Origin: Nitratidesulfovibrio vulgaris str. Hildenborough
Lineage (GTDB): Bacteria > Desulfobacterota > Desulfovibrionia > Desulfovibrionales > Desulfovibrionaceae
Direction of reading: 5' to 3'
Assembly: GCF_000195755.1 (NCBI RefSeq)
Contig: NC_002937.3
Coordinates: forward strand, 210,001 to 242,000
DNA length: 32,000 nucleotides
Position numbers and translations under genes: made by a program. Under the pieces are notes generated by a model that had not been told where the DNA came from, made no database searches, and saw nothing but the letters and a program-made list of their open reading frames with translations. The number at the start of each line of letters is the position of its first letter. Positions within the stretch are counted from its first letter, which is position 1. Shown one piece after another: positions 23,752 through 32,000 of this stretch.

Positions 23752-25437
23752 ATGCATGAAGATCGTACCGGCGATGCGTTGCCTGAAGTCGGTGCTGCGG
23801 CACCGTCTGTGCCTACCACAGCGGACATGGCCGCGAGAGTGGCAGCCCGCGTCAAAGATGAAGAGGCGTCACGCCCGGTTGCCCCGAAGGATGAAGTACC
23901 CGCGCTCAGTGACGACTTCATACTGAAGTGCCTGAAGGCCAATCGCGTTGGCGACGCCATGCTCTTCAACGCGTTGCACCGGGGAAAGTTCGTCTACGTC
24001 AAACGCTGGGGGCGCTTCATCCGCTGGGCCGGGCACCACTGGGAAGAGGACATCATGGAGACCTCACAGGCTGCGGTCGAGGCCGTGTGCGAAGCGTACC
24101 TCCGTGCTGTCTCGAGCCTGTCGAAGCAAGCCGACGACGCCGTGGGGGACGAGAAGGCCCTGCTCGAGCGCAAGCGCGAGGAACTGCTCAAGCGTGTCAG
24201 CTTCCTGCGGGCACCGTCCGGGCGCGAGCAGCTGCTCCGGTGTACCCACACCATCGCCGACCCCCTTGCCATCACGGGTGATGAACTCGACCAGCAGCCG
24301 TTCCTGCTTGCCTGCCGGAACGGGGTCATCGATCTGCGGACAGGTGAGTTCCGCCCCGGCCATCCTGACGACTATGTGCTCAACGCCTGTCCCATCGAAT
24401 GGCCCGGCATCGACGCGCCGTGCCCGCAGTTCGAGCGGTTCATGTACTCATGCCATGAGAACGAGGCCATCGTGTCGTTCCTGCAGCGCGTGTTCGGCTA
24501 CGGCATCATGGGAGCGAGGGATGATCACTACTGGTTCGTGTTCTACGGGGCGCGGGGGCGCAACGGTAAAGACACCCTTCTGAAGATCCTGACCGCCATC
24601 CTTGGCGATGACCTCGCCTCGACCATCGACACGGCGCTGTTGCTGGATACCAAGCAGCCGCGAAGCAGCGCGGGGCCTTCGCCCGACGTGCTCGCCCTTC
24701 GCGGCAAGCGCATGGCCTTCGCCACCGAAGCCGAGGACGGCCAGAAGTTCGCCATGTCCAAGATCAAGTGGCTGACGGGCGGCAGCAACCTCATGGCCCG
24801 GGGCCTTCAGGACAAGCTCTACACCACATGGAAGCAGACGCATCTGCTGTTCCTTCTGACCAACGAGATACCGCGCGCCAAGGCCGACGACGACGCCTTC
24901 TGGACGCGCACCCTCGCCGTGCCGTGGAAGCTCCGCTTCGTGGATCATCCGACCACGCCTGACGAACGGCCCCGTGATCCACAGATGGAGCACAAGCTGA
25001 TGAAAGAGCTTCCCGGCATCCTCGCGTGGCTGGTGCGCGGGTGCCTCGAGTACCAGCGTGTCGGACTCAACCCGCCTGAAGAGGTGCTGGCCTGTACGCG
25101 CGAGCGGCGCAGAGCCTTCGACGATGTGGGCCGCTTCCTGACCGAGTGCTGCGAGATCGAGCAGGTCGTCGAGGGCATCGAACCTGCCACGCGGACAAGC
25201 GCCACGGTGCTGCTCAACGCCTTCAACTGGTGGCTGCACAAGAACGTGGACTCTTCCTACTCGTATAGCGCCCGGCGGCTTGGCGACATCCTCGCCAAGA
25301 AGGGCATTCCCAAGAAGAAGTCGGGCGGCATGGTCTACCTTGGCGTCTCGCTTCTGCCCGAGGTCGAAGACGAGATGGCTACGGATGCGAGTTCGTCTGA
25401 CGCATCCTCTGCCAAAAGGAAGAAGCTCTTTGACTAG
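23752..25437 (+). CDS. Phage/plasmid primase-associated NTPase, D5 N-terminal-like + SF3 helicase (P4-alpha C-terminal type)
   Basis: ORF track, 561 aa. GGAG lies 7 nt upstream. Walker A: FYGARGRNGKDTL. Walker B-like: KRMAFATEAEDG. Followed by LLFLLTNEIP, typical of COG3378-type proteins. Confidence 0.8.
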   Translation: MHEDRTGDALPEVGAAAPSVPTTADMAARVAARVKDEEASRPVAPKDEVPALSDDFILKCLKANRVGDAMLFNALHRGKFVYVKRWGRFIRWAGHHWEEDIMETSQAAVEAVCEAYLRAVSSLSKQADDAVGDEKALLERKREELLKRVSFLRAPSGREQLLRCTHTIADPLAITGDELDQQPFLLACRNGVIDLRTGEFRPGHPDDYVLNACPIEWPGIDAPCPQFERFMYSCHENEAIVSFLQRVFGYGIMGARDDHYWFVFYGARGRNGKDTLLKILTAILGDDLASTIDTALLLDTKQPRSSAGPSPDVLALRGKRMAFATEAEDGQKFAMSKIKWLTGGSNLMARGLQDKLYTTWKQTHLLFLLTNEIPRAKADDDAFWTRTLAVPWKLRFVDHPTTPDERPRDPQMEHKLMKELPGILAWLVRGCLEYQRVGLNPPEEVLACTRERRRAFDDVGRFLTECCEIEQVVEGIEPATRTSATVLLNAFNWWLHKNVDSSYSYSARRLGDILAKKGIPKKKSGGMVYLGVSLLPEVEDEMATDASSSDASSAKRKKLFD

Positions 25438-25703
25438 GCCGCACGGAAACCTCCCAAAAGCTCCAGTCGTAATGACGGATGCGCAGTCACAACGGTCAGT
25501 GATGATTGGAGGAATAGTCGCGTCTGGAGCTTGGGAGAGTCCGCAGCGGTATCTTGCCACGCACATGCGCATGATTGCGAGTTGTGTGCATCGCCCACGT
25601 CAAATGTCCCATGCTCCCATTCATTAAACTTATTATGGAAAAACATAAGGTTAAAGAAAGAAATGAACTGGGAGGTTTCAGGGATATTGGGAGGTTCAGT
25701 CGA

Positions 25704-27263
25704 ATGAGAGCGCCGTTGCTTGAAAGACTTGCTGCCCGTGGTCTGCAGCCCAGAAAGGTCTCCACCGGCAGGGGGGACAGGGGCGAGGAGTACGCCAGCC
25801 CGTGCCCGGTGTGCGGCGGGCGTGACCGCTTCCGCATCTGGCCTGAACAGCCGGGCGGGCCTGCCTGCGCCAAGGCCGGAGTGGTCGGCACATGGTTCTG
25901 CCGTCAGGAACAGAAGGGCGGCGATGTGCTCGAGTACCTGCTCACGGTCGAGCGTCTTGAGTGGGCCGAAGCCTGCAAGGAACTCGGCATAGAGCGCACG
26001 ACCTTCGTACCCGGCAGGCTGCCCGCCATGCCCAAGGCGATCCGCAAGGCCAGCTTCCAGCCGAAGCCCTCGGCCTTGCCGGGTGACATCTGGTCAGCCC
26101 GGGCAGGCAAGTTCGTGGCAGACGCCCATGCCGCCCTGCTGCGCACTCCCCGGGCGCTGGCCTATCTTGCCGAACGCGGCCTTCCAGAGGCCGCCGTGCG
26201 TCGCTACCGCCTTGGCTACCTCGCCGGGGAACAGGGACGGCAGGGCGTCTTTCGCGCTCGCTCTGCGTGGGGTCTTCAGCCCAAGGAAGGCAAAGACGGC
26301 AAGCCGAGAACCAGCATGTTCATCCCTCGCGGCATCATCATTCCGGCCTACGGGCCTGCCGGGCAGGATGGCGCGCCGGTGCGTATCCGAATCCGCAGGC
26401 CCGACGGCGATGTGGAGCAGTGGGGCGACAAGTACATGCTCGTCGAGGGCGGTTGCGGGCGCACCACGATGCTGCTGGGCGAGGCTCCTCGTGCGGTGGT
26501 CGTGGTCGAGGCCGAACTGGACGCCATGCTCGTGCGTCATGCCGCTGGCGACCTTGTCGGTGCGCTGGCCGTGCTGACAAACCGGGGCCGTCCTGACGCC
26601 ACAGCCCACACAGCGTTGCAATCCGCAGCATCCATCCTCGTTGCACTGGACTACGACGGCCCGGGGGCAGACGGCTGGGCGTGGTGGCGCGAGACCTACC
26701 CGCAGGCCAAGCGGTGGCCCGTTCCTGCTGGAAAGGACCCCGGCGACGCCTTCAAGCAGGGCGAGGACCTGCGGGCGTGGATTCTTGCCGGGTTGCCTCC
26801 GGTGCTGGCCATGGAACATGCCAAGGCTCGGGGCGCGGAGCAGCTTTCGTCTGTCGAGCAGGCTCCCACAGCGTCCTCCGCACCCGCCGTTGCCCCGTGT
26901 GCGACTGCACCCGCACCCATTCCCTCCCCGGCGGCTGCCGCAGCATCGGCTCCTGCATCCTCGTGCGGCCTCCAGCCGGACGTTATGCAGACGGTGCTTG
27001 CCTTCCGTACCCTGTGGGAGGGCATGCCGGTGAAGTACGTGCGCTTCAACTCCGGGGGGTACGAGTGGCAGTACCCGGCCCCGTGGGGCAAGCGCCACAT
27101 GGCCCGCCTGCACGAACTGCTTCGGCGTTTCGACGCCACCCCGACCTTGTGGGACTACTTCGCGGAGCACCCGGCCCGCATCATCACACCGGACAATTTG
27201 CTGTGCAGGGCACGGCGTTCCAACGCCAACAGGCCGCATCAAAACGACGCGGCCTGTTGCTGA
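25704..27263 (+). CDS. DNA primase with Zn-ribbon (P4-alpha/T7 gp4 type) and Toprim domain
   Basis: ORF track 25575..27263. I prefer ATG 25704 (MRAPLLERLAARG...), with GGGAGG 9 nt upstream. Zn ribbon: CPVCGGRDRFRIWPEQ...GTWFCRQEQKGGDVLEYL. Toprim-like: VVVVEAELDAMLV ... LVALDYDGPGADG. Confidence 0.75.
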   Translation: MRAPLLERLAARGLQPRKVSTGRGDRGEEYASPCPVCGGRDRFRIWPEQPGGPACAKAGVVGTWFCRQEQKGGDVLEYLLTVERLEWAEACKELGIERTTFVPGRLPAMPKAIRKASFQPKPSALPGDIWSARAGKFVADAHAALLRTPRALAYLAERGLPEAAVRRYRLGYLAGEQGRQGVFRARSAWGLQPKEGKDGKPRTSMFIPRGIIIPAYGPAGQDGAPVRIRIRRPDGDVEQWGDKYMLVEGGCGRTTMLLGEAPRAVVVVEAELDAMLVRHAAGDLVGALAVLTNRGRPDATAHTALQSAASILVALDYDGPGADGWAWWRETYPQAKRWPVPAGKDPGDAFKQGEDLRAWILAGLPPVLAMEHAKARGAEQLSSVEQAPTASSAPAVAPCATAPAPIPSPAAAAASAPASSCGLQPDVMQTVLAFRTLWEGMPVKYVRFNSGGYEWQYPAPWGKRHMARLHELLRRFDATPTLWDYFAEHPARIITPDNLLCRARRSNANRPHQNDAACC

Positions 27264-27389
27264 CAACCAAGGTGAGGGTTGCCCTGCAGAGTCGCACCTC
27301 TTCAGGGCGACCGGATGTAACAGCATCCGATCAGGACCGGCCCAACCCTCATGCCAACGGCGGCAGAGGCATAACAGGAATCCTAGCGG

Positions 27390-28748
27390 ATGGAAAACCT
27401 CAACATAGAGAACTGGCCCGTGGACAGGCTTCACCATAGCGAACATGCCACCCGTCGTAATGAGGATGCCATACCCCGTATGGTGGACGCCCTGCGTATG
27501 TTCGGCTTCCGGATACCCTTGCTGGTCACCGGGGCCGGAGAAGTGGTGGACGGCCACTTGCGGCTGAAGGCGGCGCTCGTCATGGGCATGGCCAGTGTGC
27601 CGGTGATCGTCGTGGATGACATGACACCAACGCAGGTGCGGACCTTCCGGTTACTGATCAACCGCTCGGCGACATGGGCCGAATGGGACGACGAGGCATT
27701 GCGCGTCGAACTGGCCAGCCTGCGCGACTACGGCGTGGATGTGACGATGACCGGCTTCGCCGATGCGGAACTCGACGCCTTCCTGCAGGGTGTCTCCCTT
27801 GCCGGAGAGAGCGATCCGGACATGGTTCCTCCTCTCCCTGAAACGCCTACATCCCGCCCGGGTGATGTCTGGAACATGGGTGGGCATCGTCTTCTCTGCG
27901 GCGACAGCACGTCTGTGGAAGATGTTGTCCGGCTCATGGCTGGCGAGCAGGCAGACATGCTGTGGACCGATCCGCCTTACAACGTCGACTACTCCGGCAA
28001 GGCCGGGAAAATCCGGAACGACAAGATGAGTCCGGAAGACTTCGATGCTTTCCTGCTGCGTCTTCTGTCGCGCTCCTATGAAGCCTTGGCCGACGGGGCT
28101 GCCGCCTATGTGGCCCATTCCGAGGCCGGAGGCGGTACGGCGTTTCGCAAGGCCTTTGCCCACGCCGGCTACAAGCTCGCGTCATGTCTCATCTGGCGCA
28201 AGCATCAACTCGTACTTGGGCGAGGCGACTACCACTGGCAGCACGAACCCATCCTCTACGGGTGGAAGCCGACGGGCAAGCACCGCTGGTACGGCAACCG
28301 TAAGCACACCACGCTGCTGGAGCACTTCGCCGGGCAGACGGTCCTGCCAGCTGGCGAGGGAGTGTGGCAGGTGGCTACGGGAGACGCTGTGCTGCTCATC
28401 CGGGGGCAGGATGTGACGGTGGAGGAGGTTTCCACCTCGATTCTTGCGGTGGCAAAGCCCGCACGCTCCGAGTTGCATCCCACGATGAAGCCCGTGGCAC
28501 TCGTGGAACGCATGGTGGCCAACAGCTCTCCTCGCGGCGGGCTGGTGCTCGACCCCTGCGGCGGTTCCGGAACGACACTCATCGCCTGCGAGCGCATGGG
28601 AAGGCGCTGCAATACGATGGAGCTTGATCCCCGTTTTGCGGACGTGATTGTCCGGCGATGGGAGGAAGTCACAGGCAAGACAGCGGTACTGGAAGGCGGC
28701 GCGTCATTTGCCGATGTGCCGCTGGCGAGGGAGGTGGCCCATGCATGA
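27390..28748 (+). CDS. ParB-like nuclease domain :: DNA methyltransferase (N6-A/N4-C, beta class) fusion
   Basis: ORF track, 452 aa. ParB-N: VDRLHHSEHATRRNEDAIPRMVDALRMFGFRIPLLV...VVDGHLRLKAAL. Motif IV: LWTDPPYNVDY. Motif I: VLDPCGGSGTTLIACERMGR. Confidence 0.85.
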   Translation: MENLNIENWPVDRLHHSEHATRRNEDAIPRMVDALRMFGFRIPLLVTGAGEVVDGHLRLKAALVMGMASVPVIVVDDMTPTQVRTFRLLINRSATWAEWDDEALRVELASLRDYGVDVTMTGFADAELDAFLQGVSLAGESDPDMVPPLPETPTSRPGDVWNMGGHRLLCGDSTSVEDVVRLMAGEQADMLWTDPPYNVDYSGKAGKIRNDKMSPEDFDAFLLRLLSRSYEALADGAAAYVAHSEAGGGTAFRKAFAHAGYKLASCLIWRKHQLVLGRGDYHWQHEPILYGWKPTGKHRWYGNRKHTTLLEHFAGQTVLPAGEGVWQVATGDAVLLIRGQDVTVEEVSTSILAVAKPARSELHPTMKPVALVERMVANSSPRGGLVLDPCGGSGTTLIACERMGRRCNTMELDPRFADVIVRRWEEVTGKTAVLEGGASFADVPLAREVAHA

Positions 28749-29472
28749 GCATGATTTGCTGTCTCTCGTGGACAAGAGTGCGGAGACCGATCTGCCCTTG
28801 CTGCTCAAAGCCAAAGAGGCCGCCAAGCGTCTGGTGAATGATGATCCGTCTGCGGAGCACCTGCGGCTCCTTGAGCGGGTCACAAAGATGCTGGAGCAAG
28901 TGATGCACACAAAGCAGAGCTTCGGCTCGCTCAAGGATGTGCTGGCACATCTGCAGGAGCAGGGGCGAAAGATCAGCCAGAGCAAGCTGTATCAGGACAA
29001 GGGCAGGGGGCTTCTGAAGGCACAGCCTGACGGAACCTACCGCAAGCGTGACGTGGACCGTTACGCGGCCAGCCTGCCCACGCATGCCCTGCCCGAGAAG
29101 GAAACGGCAGAGGCGCAGGAATACGCCTCGCGCAAGGCCAAGGCAGAGGCCGAGAAGCTTGAGGAACAGGCCAAGGCCGAACGGTTCAAGAACGAGGTGC
29201 GCGCCGGCAAGTACATCCTGCGCGATGACGTGGAGGTCGAACTGGCGGCCCGTGCCGGGGTGCTGGCAACGGGGCTGCGAACCATGTTTGAGACGAGCCT
29301 GCTCGACCTCATCCACACCGCCGAGGGTAATCCGAAGAAGGCACCCGACCTTCTGTCGTTCTTTGAACGCCAACTGGATGCGGCACTCAACGAGTATGCG
29401 CGGCCTATGACCTACGAGGTGCGTTTTGACGATGCAGACGACCCTATGCCCGACACCTGCGAAGAAGGATGA
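28741..29472 (+). CDS. Putative terminase small subunit (Nu1-like coiled-coil region)
   Basis: ORF track 28648..29472. I prefer ATG 28741, which overlaps the upstream stop (ATGCATGA). Its position is immediately 5' of the GpA-type large terminase. AEKLEEQAKAERFKNEVRAGKYILRDDVEVELA resembles the Nu1/COG4220 pattern (from memory). Confidence 0.5.
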   Translation: MHEHDLLSLVDKSAETDLPLLLKAKEAAKRLVNDDPSAEHLRLLERVTKMLEQVMHTKQSFGSLKDVLAHLQEQGRKISQSKLYQDKGRGLLKAQPDGTYRKRDVDRYAASLPTHALPEKETAEAQEYASRKAKAEAEKLEEQAKAERFKNEVRAGKYILRDDVEVELAARAGVLATGLRTMFETSLLDLIHTAEGNPKKAPDLLSFFERQLDAALNEYARPMTYEVRFDDADDPMPDTCEEG

Positions 29473-29488
29473 TGTAAGGCGTATAGCG

Positions 29489-31447
29489 ATGCGCCTACCG
29501 GCCAACCTCCATCCAGACCTGCGCGTCCGCGTCCTAGCGCGCTTGAAAAAGAGCGCAGGAAAATGGTCCTTCTCGTTCTCGCGTGGTGAGCGCGCCGTCA
29601 TGCGGCGGCGTACACCCATGCCAGTGAGCCAGTGGGCCGAGCAACATAGAGTGGTTGGATACTCTTCAGTCCCCGGTCGCTGGCATAACTCCATCACACC
29701 CTACAGCGTGGGCATCATGGATGCCAGCTTTCACGAGGCGGTGCGGAAGATCGGCGTGTGCAAGTGCCCGCAGTCGGGCATCACCGAGGCCATTCACAAT
29801 TGCATCGGGTACGCCATCGACCGCTCCCCGGGGCCGGTCATGTATGTCTACCCCGATGAACTCACCGCCCGCGAGAATGCCAAGGACCGCATCCAGCCCA
29901 TGATAGAGGGTAGCCCGCGTCTCGCCACGTACCTGACGGGGTCGGCGGACGACAAATCAAGCCTGCGCATCAACCTGCAGCATATGCCGATCTTCCTTGC
30001 GTGGTCAGGTTCCCCGGCACGGCTGGGCAACAAGCCCATCCGCTACCTCGTGTTGGATGAGTTGGACAAATACCAAGAAAGCAAGAAAGAGGCGTCTCCC
30101 GAAGCCCTTGCCGAGAAGCGCACCATCACGTGGCGGCACAAGGCGCGTATCTGGAAGCTCTCCACCCCGACCGTCGAAGCTGAAGGCATTTGGAAATTCA
30201 TGACGCGCGAGGCGCAGGCCGTGTTCGATTATCATGTGCGTTGCCCACACTGCGCGATGGAACAGCTGATGACCTTCGATAGAATCCGCTGGCCGGAGGA
30301 CGTCCGCGACCCGGAGGACGTGCTTTCGCGCCAGCTTGCCGAGTATGTCTGCGAGCATTGCGGCAGCGTATGGCATGACGGCGACCGCGACCGGGCCGTG
30401 CGCCTTGGCCTGTGGCGTGAACGGTCGACAGGGCTTGAACTGAAGGCCCACCTCGACACGCACCGGCCCGCGAACATCGGCTTTCATCTGCCTGCGTGGC
30501 TCTCGTACTTCGTGTCGCTGTCCAAGGTGGCGGCGTCTTTCCTGCGGTGGAACGCCTCGAAGAATCAGGTGGACCTGAAGGACTTCTGCAACAACTTCAA
30601 GGCGGAGCCATGGCGCCTTCATCGTGTGGATCGTGACGAGGACCGCATCCTTGCCCTGTGCGACGACAGACCGCGCGGCATAGTACCGGGGCCGCTTGGC
30701 GACGATGGTACGCCGCGCATCGCTGCGTTGGTGGCAGGTATCGACACGCAGGGTAGCGACGAGCACCGGGGCTACTTCCGTTATGTCATCCGCGCTTTCG
30801 GCTGGGGGCAGGAGGATGAAAGCTGGCTCATCCAGTGCGGCACCGCGCCGACCTTTCCGGCACTGGCCGAGATTCTCTGGGGCAGTGTCTACCGCGACGG
30901 CCATGGGAACGAATACCGGGTTCGCCTCGCCCTGCAAGACTCCATGGGCCACCGGACGAAAGAGGTCTACGCCTTCTGTGCCGCCAACAAGGGCCGCATC
31001 TTTCCCACGCAGGGCAAGCAGCATCAGGCTGCACCCCTGACCTATTCGCCCCTGGAGTACTATCCGGGCACGCAGCGCCGCATTCCGGGCGGTCTGCGCC
31101 TGCTCAAGGTGGATACGACGTTCTTCAAGAACGACCTTGCGGCGAAGCTTTCCATTGCGCCGGAAGACCCCGGTGCCTTTCACCTGCACCACGACACGCC
31201 GCTGGAATACGCGCGGGAGATGGTCGCAGAATACTACGATGAACAGAAGCAGGCGTGGGTCTGCCCTTCGGGGCGGGATAACCACTATTGGGACTGCGAG
31301 GTGCTCGCCCTTGCCGGGGCCTTTGCCCTTGGCGTGCGTAACTGGAAGCAGCCACAGCAGCAAACGAAGACGCAGCATGAGGCACAGTCAGTGCCGGCGT
31401 CTCCGAGATATGGAGCCCGTCCGGGCTGGTGGGGAGGTGCGAGATGA
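29489..31447 (+). CDS. Terminase large subunit, GpA family
   Basis: ORF track 29426..31447 (TTG). The start is uncertain: ATG 29432 or ATG 29489. Diagnostic stretches: VSQWAEQHRVV, CKCPQSGITEA (Walker A-like), YLVLDELDKY, and the Zn ribbon CPHCAMEQ...CEHCGSVW characteristic of GpA terminases. Confidence 0.85.
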   Translation: MRLPANLHPDLRVRVLARLKKSAGKWSFSFSRGERAVMRRRTPMPVSQWAEQHRVVGYSSVPGRWHNSITPYSVGIMDASFHEAVRKIGVCKCPQSGITEAIHNCIGYAIDRSPGPVMYVYPDELTARENAKDRIQPMIEGSPRLATYLTGSADDKSSLRINLQHMPIFLAWSGSPARLGNKPIRYLVLDELDKYQESKKEASPEALAEKRTITWRHKARIWKLSTPTVEAEGIWKFMTREAQAVFDYHVRCPHCAMEQLMTFDRIRWPEDVRDPEDVLSRQLAEYVCEHCGSVWHDGDRDRAVRLGLWRERSTGLELKAHLDTHRPANIGFHLPAWLSYFVSLSKVAASFLRWNASKNQVDLKDFCNNFKAEPWRLHRVDRDEDRILALCDDRPRGIVPGPLGDDGTPRIAALVAGIDTQGSDEHRGYFRYVIRAFGWGQEDESWLIQCGTAPTFPALAEILWGSVYRDGHGNEYRVRLALQDSMGHRTKEVYAFCAANKGRIFPTQGKQHQAAPLTYSPLEYYPGTQRRIPGGLRLLKVDTTFFKNDLAAKLSIAPEDPGAFHLHHDTPLEYAREMVAEYYDEQKQAWVCPSGRDNHYWDCEVLALAGAFALGVRNWKQPQQQTKTQHEAQSVPASPRYGARPGWWGGAR

Positions 31448-31662
31448 ACAGCGGGAAAGATTTGGGGCGCAAGCTCAACTGGAGGCAGGCGTGCGACGTT
31501 TTAGGATGCAGCCGTTCCTTCTTCTATAACCTTGTGAACACGGGCCTTTTGCCTTCGCGGCGGTACGGGCGCGTCAAGGGCATATGGGTGTATGAACGCG
31601 ATTGTCTAGAGCACCTCGCTAGAACATCGTCTTGCGTTGAATCGGGGCAAAATCATGTCTGA
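31444..31662 (+). CDS. Small HTH DNA-binding protein (excisionase/MerR-like HTH_17 type)
   Basis: ORF track 31429..31662. I prefer ATG 31444, with GGGGAGG 6 nt upstream and an ATGA overlap with the terminase stop. LNWRQACDVLGCSRSFFYNLVNTGLLPSRRYGRVKGIWVYERDCLEHL fits the Xis/AlpA-type pattern. Confidence 0.65.
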   Translation: MNSGKDLGRKLNWRQACDVLGCSRSFFYNLVNTGLLPSRRYGRVKGIWVYERDCLEHLARTSSCVESGQNHV

Positions 31663-32000
31663 ACGGCGCAAAGTACATTCGTCTTTTTGCCTTAAAAGCG
31701 AGGCAAGGCGGCAGAAGGTCGAGCTCTATGATGCGTCCGAGTGGGGAGAGCCTTCAGGACGCTTCAGGCTTCGTATCGATGGGCGGTGGGCAGACGGGCG
31801 TTCTGGCGCGCATGCCTATCACTCCACAGCTGAGATCGGGGCAATGCTGGCAACGGCGTTGACGGGGCAAGATGTTACTCCCGAGTCGCCGCCCCCTCTG
31901 TTGCGGGGGATGCGGGTGTCAGTGCCGAACGGACGCCGCTTCGCGGGGCTTGCTTTGCGTGATGTCACCTTTGTGCTGACTGAAAGCCCCCTCCGTGATG
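31655..32000 (+). CDS. Hypothetical phage protein, 3' end beyond the window
   Basis: Own translation from ATG 31655 (ATGTCTGA overlap with the preceding stop): MSERRKVHSSFCLKSEARRQKVELYDASEWGEPSGRFRLRIDGRW...FVLTESPLRD. The frame stays open to the window edge. I do not recognise the family. Confidence 0.5.
   Translation, partial: MSERRKVHSSFCLKSEARRQKVELYDASEWGEPSGRFRLRIDGRWADGRSGAHAYHSTAEIGAMLATALTGQDVTPESPPPLLRGMRVSVPNGRRFAGLALRDVTFVLTESPLRD

Larger units (their letters stand above)
23143..32000. mobile_element. Prophage, left (int-distal) end; continues beyond the window
   Basis: A tRNA 3'-fragment junction is followed by a co-directional replication - methylase - terminase gene block with overlapping start/stop codons. 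The intact tRNA-Lys and the integrase are expected past nt 32000. Confidence 0.8.

Noticed and set aside
23031-23969. ORFs 23031..23759 (+) and 23181..23969 (-), including a 114-aa internal version starting at MGDFG.
   Set aside because: Both run across the tRNA fragment/att core. They have Arg/Ala/Gly-rich composition, only moderate GC3, no SD and no recognisable domain. The minus-strand ORF also overlaps the helicase gene.
25434-25646. A 70-aa minus-strand ORF between the helicase and primase genes.
   Set aside because: It has no SD and no recognisable fold pattern. It overlaps the helicase stop and the repeat elements, so this region is more plausibly regulatory or origin DNA.

Overview
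High-GC (about 63-66% by eye) segment with Desulfovibrio-type gene content. The gene order matches my recollection of the Desulfovibrio vulgaris Hildenborough DVU0169-DVU019x neighbourhood, which I cannot verify here. Nt 1-23142 are chromosomal. In order they carry: a truncated family-5 ABC binding protein; an MCP with a C-terminal hemerythrin domain; a MalY/PatB C-S lyase; a 2.8-copy 146-bp hairpin-rich tandem repeat; a signal-less PhsA/PsrA-like molybdopterin oxidoreductase with a DmsB-like Fe-S partner that has an extra C-terminal domain; an FmdE::molybdopterin-binding fusion; a GDPD phosphodiesterase; modA; a XerD-fold::2xTOBE regulator (TunR type); modB-modC; a radical SAM/SPASM enzyme; a second MCP; a low-GC non-coding island; DUF169; and a membrane GGDEF cyclase. 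At 23143-23189 a displaced 3' fragment of tRNA-Lys(UUU), followed by its own terminator, marks the left junction of a prophage. The prophage encodes a D5/SF3 helicase, a Zn-ribbon/Toprim primase, a ParB::DNA methyltransferase, small and GpA-type large terminase subunits and an HTH protein, and it runs off the right edge. I saw no rRNA, CRISPR array, IS element or complete tRNA. The most noteworthy signals outside the gene calls are these. (1) A family of GTGACC(G)/ACGTGAC operator-like elements recurs in at least 7 intergenic regions around the Mo/W genes, including a 15/16-identical 16-mer at two distant loci and the 9-mer TGACCGGAA three times. (2) The 146-bp tandem repeat. (3) Two tandem 24-bp palindrome-containing repeats lie upstream of the oxidoreductase operon. 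(4) A 30-50% GC island carries a good sigma-54 -24/-12 match. (5) A roughly 600-bp ORF-free, strand-skewed region ends in an orphan terminator. I cannot point to a clearly new multi-gene system. The strongest candidate for under-described biology is the cytoplasmic Mo/W oxidoreductase + FmdE-fusion + recombinase-fold regulator island, linked by the shared operator motif.
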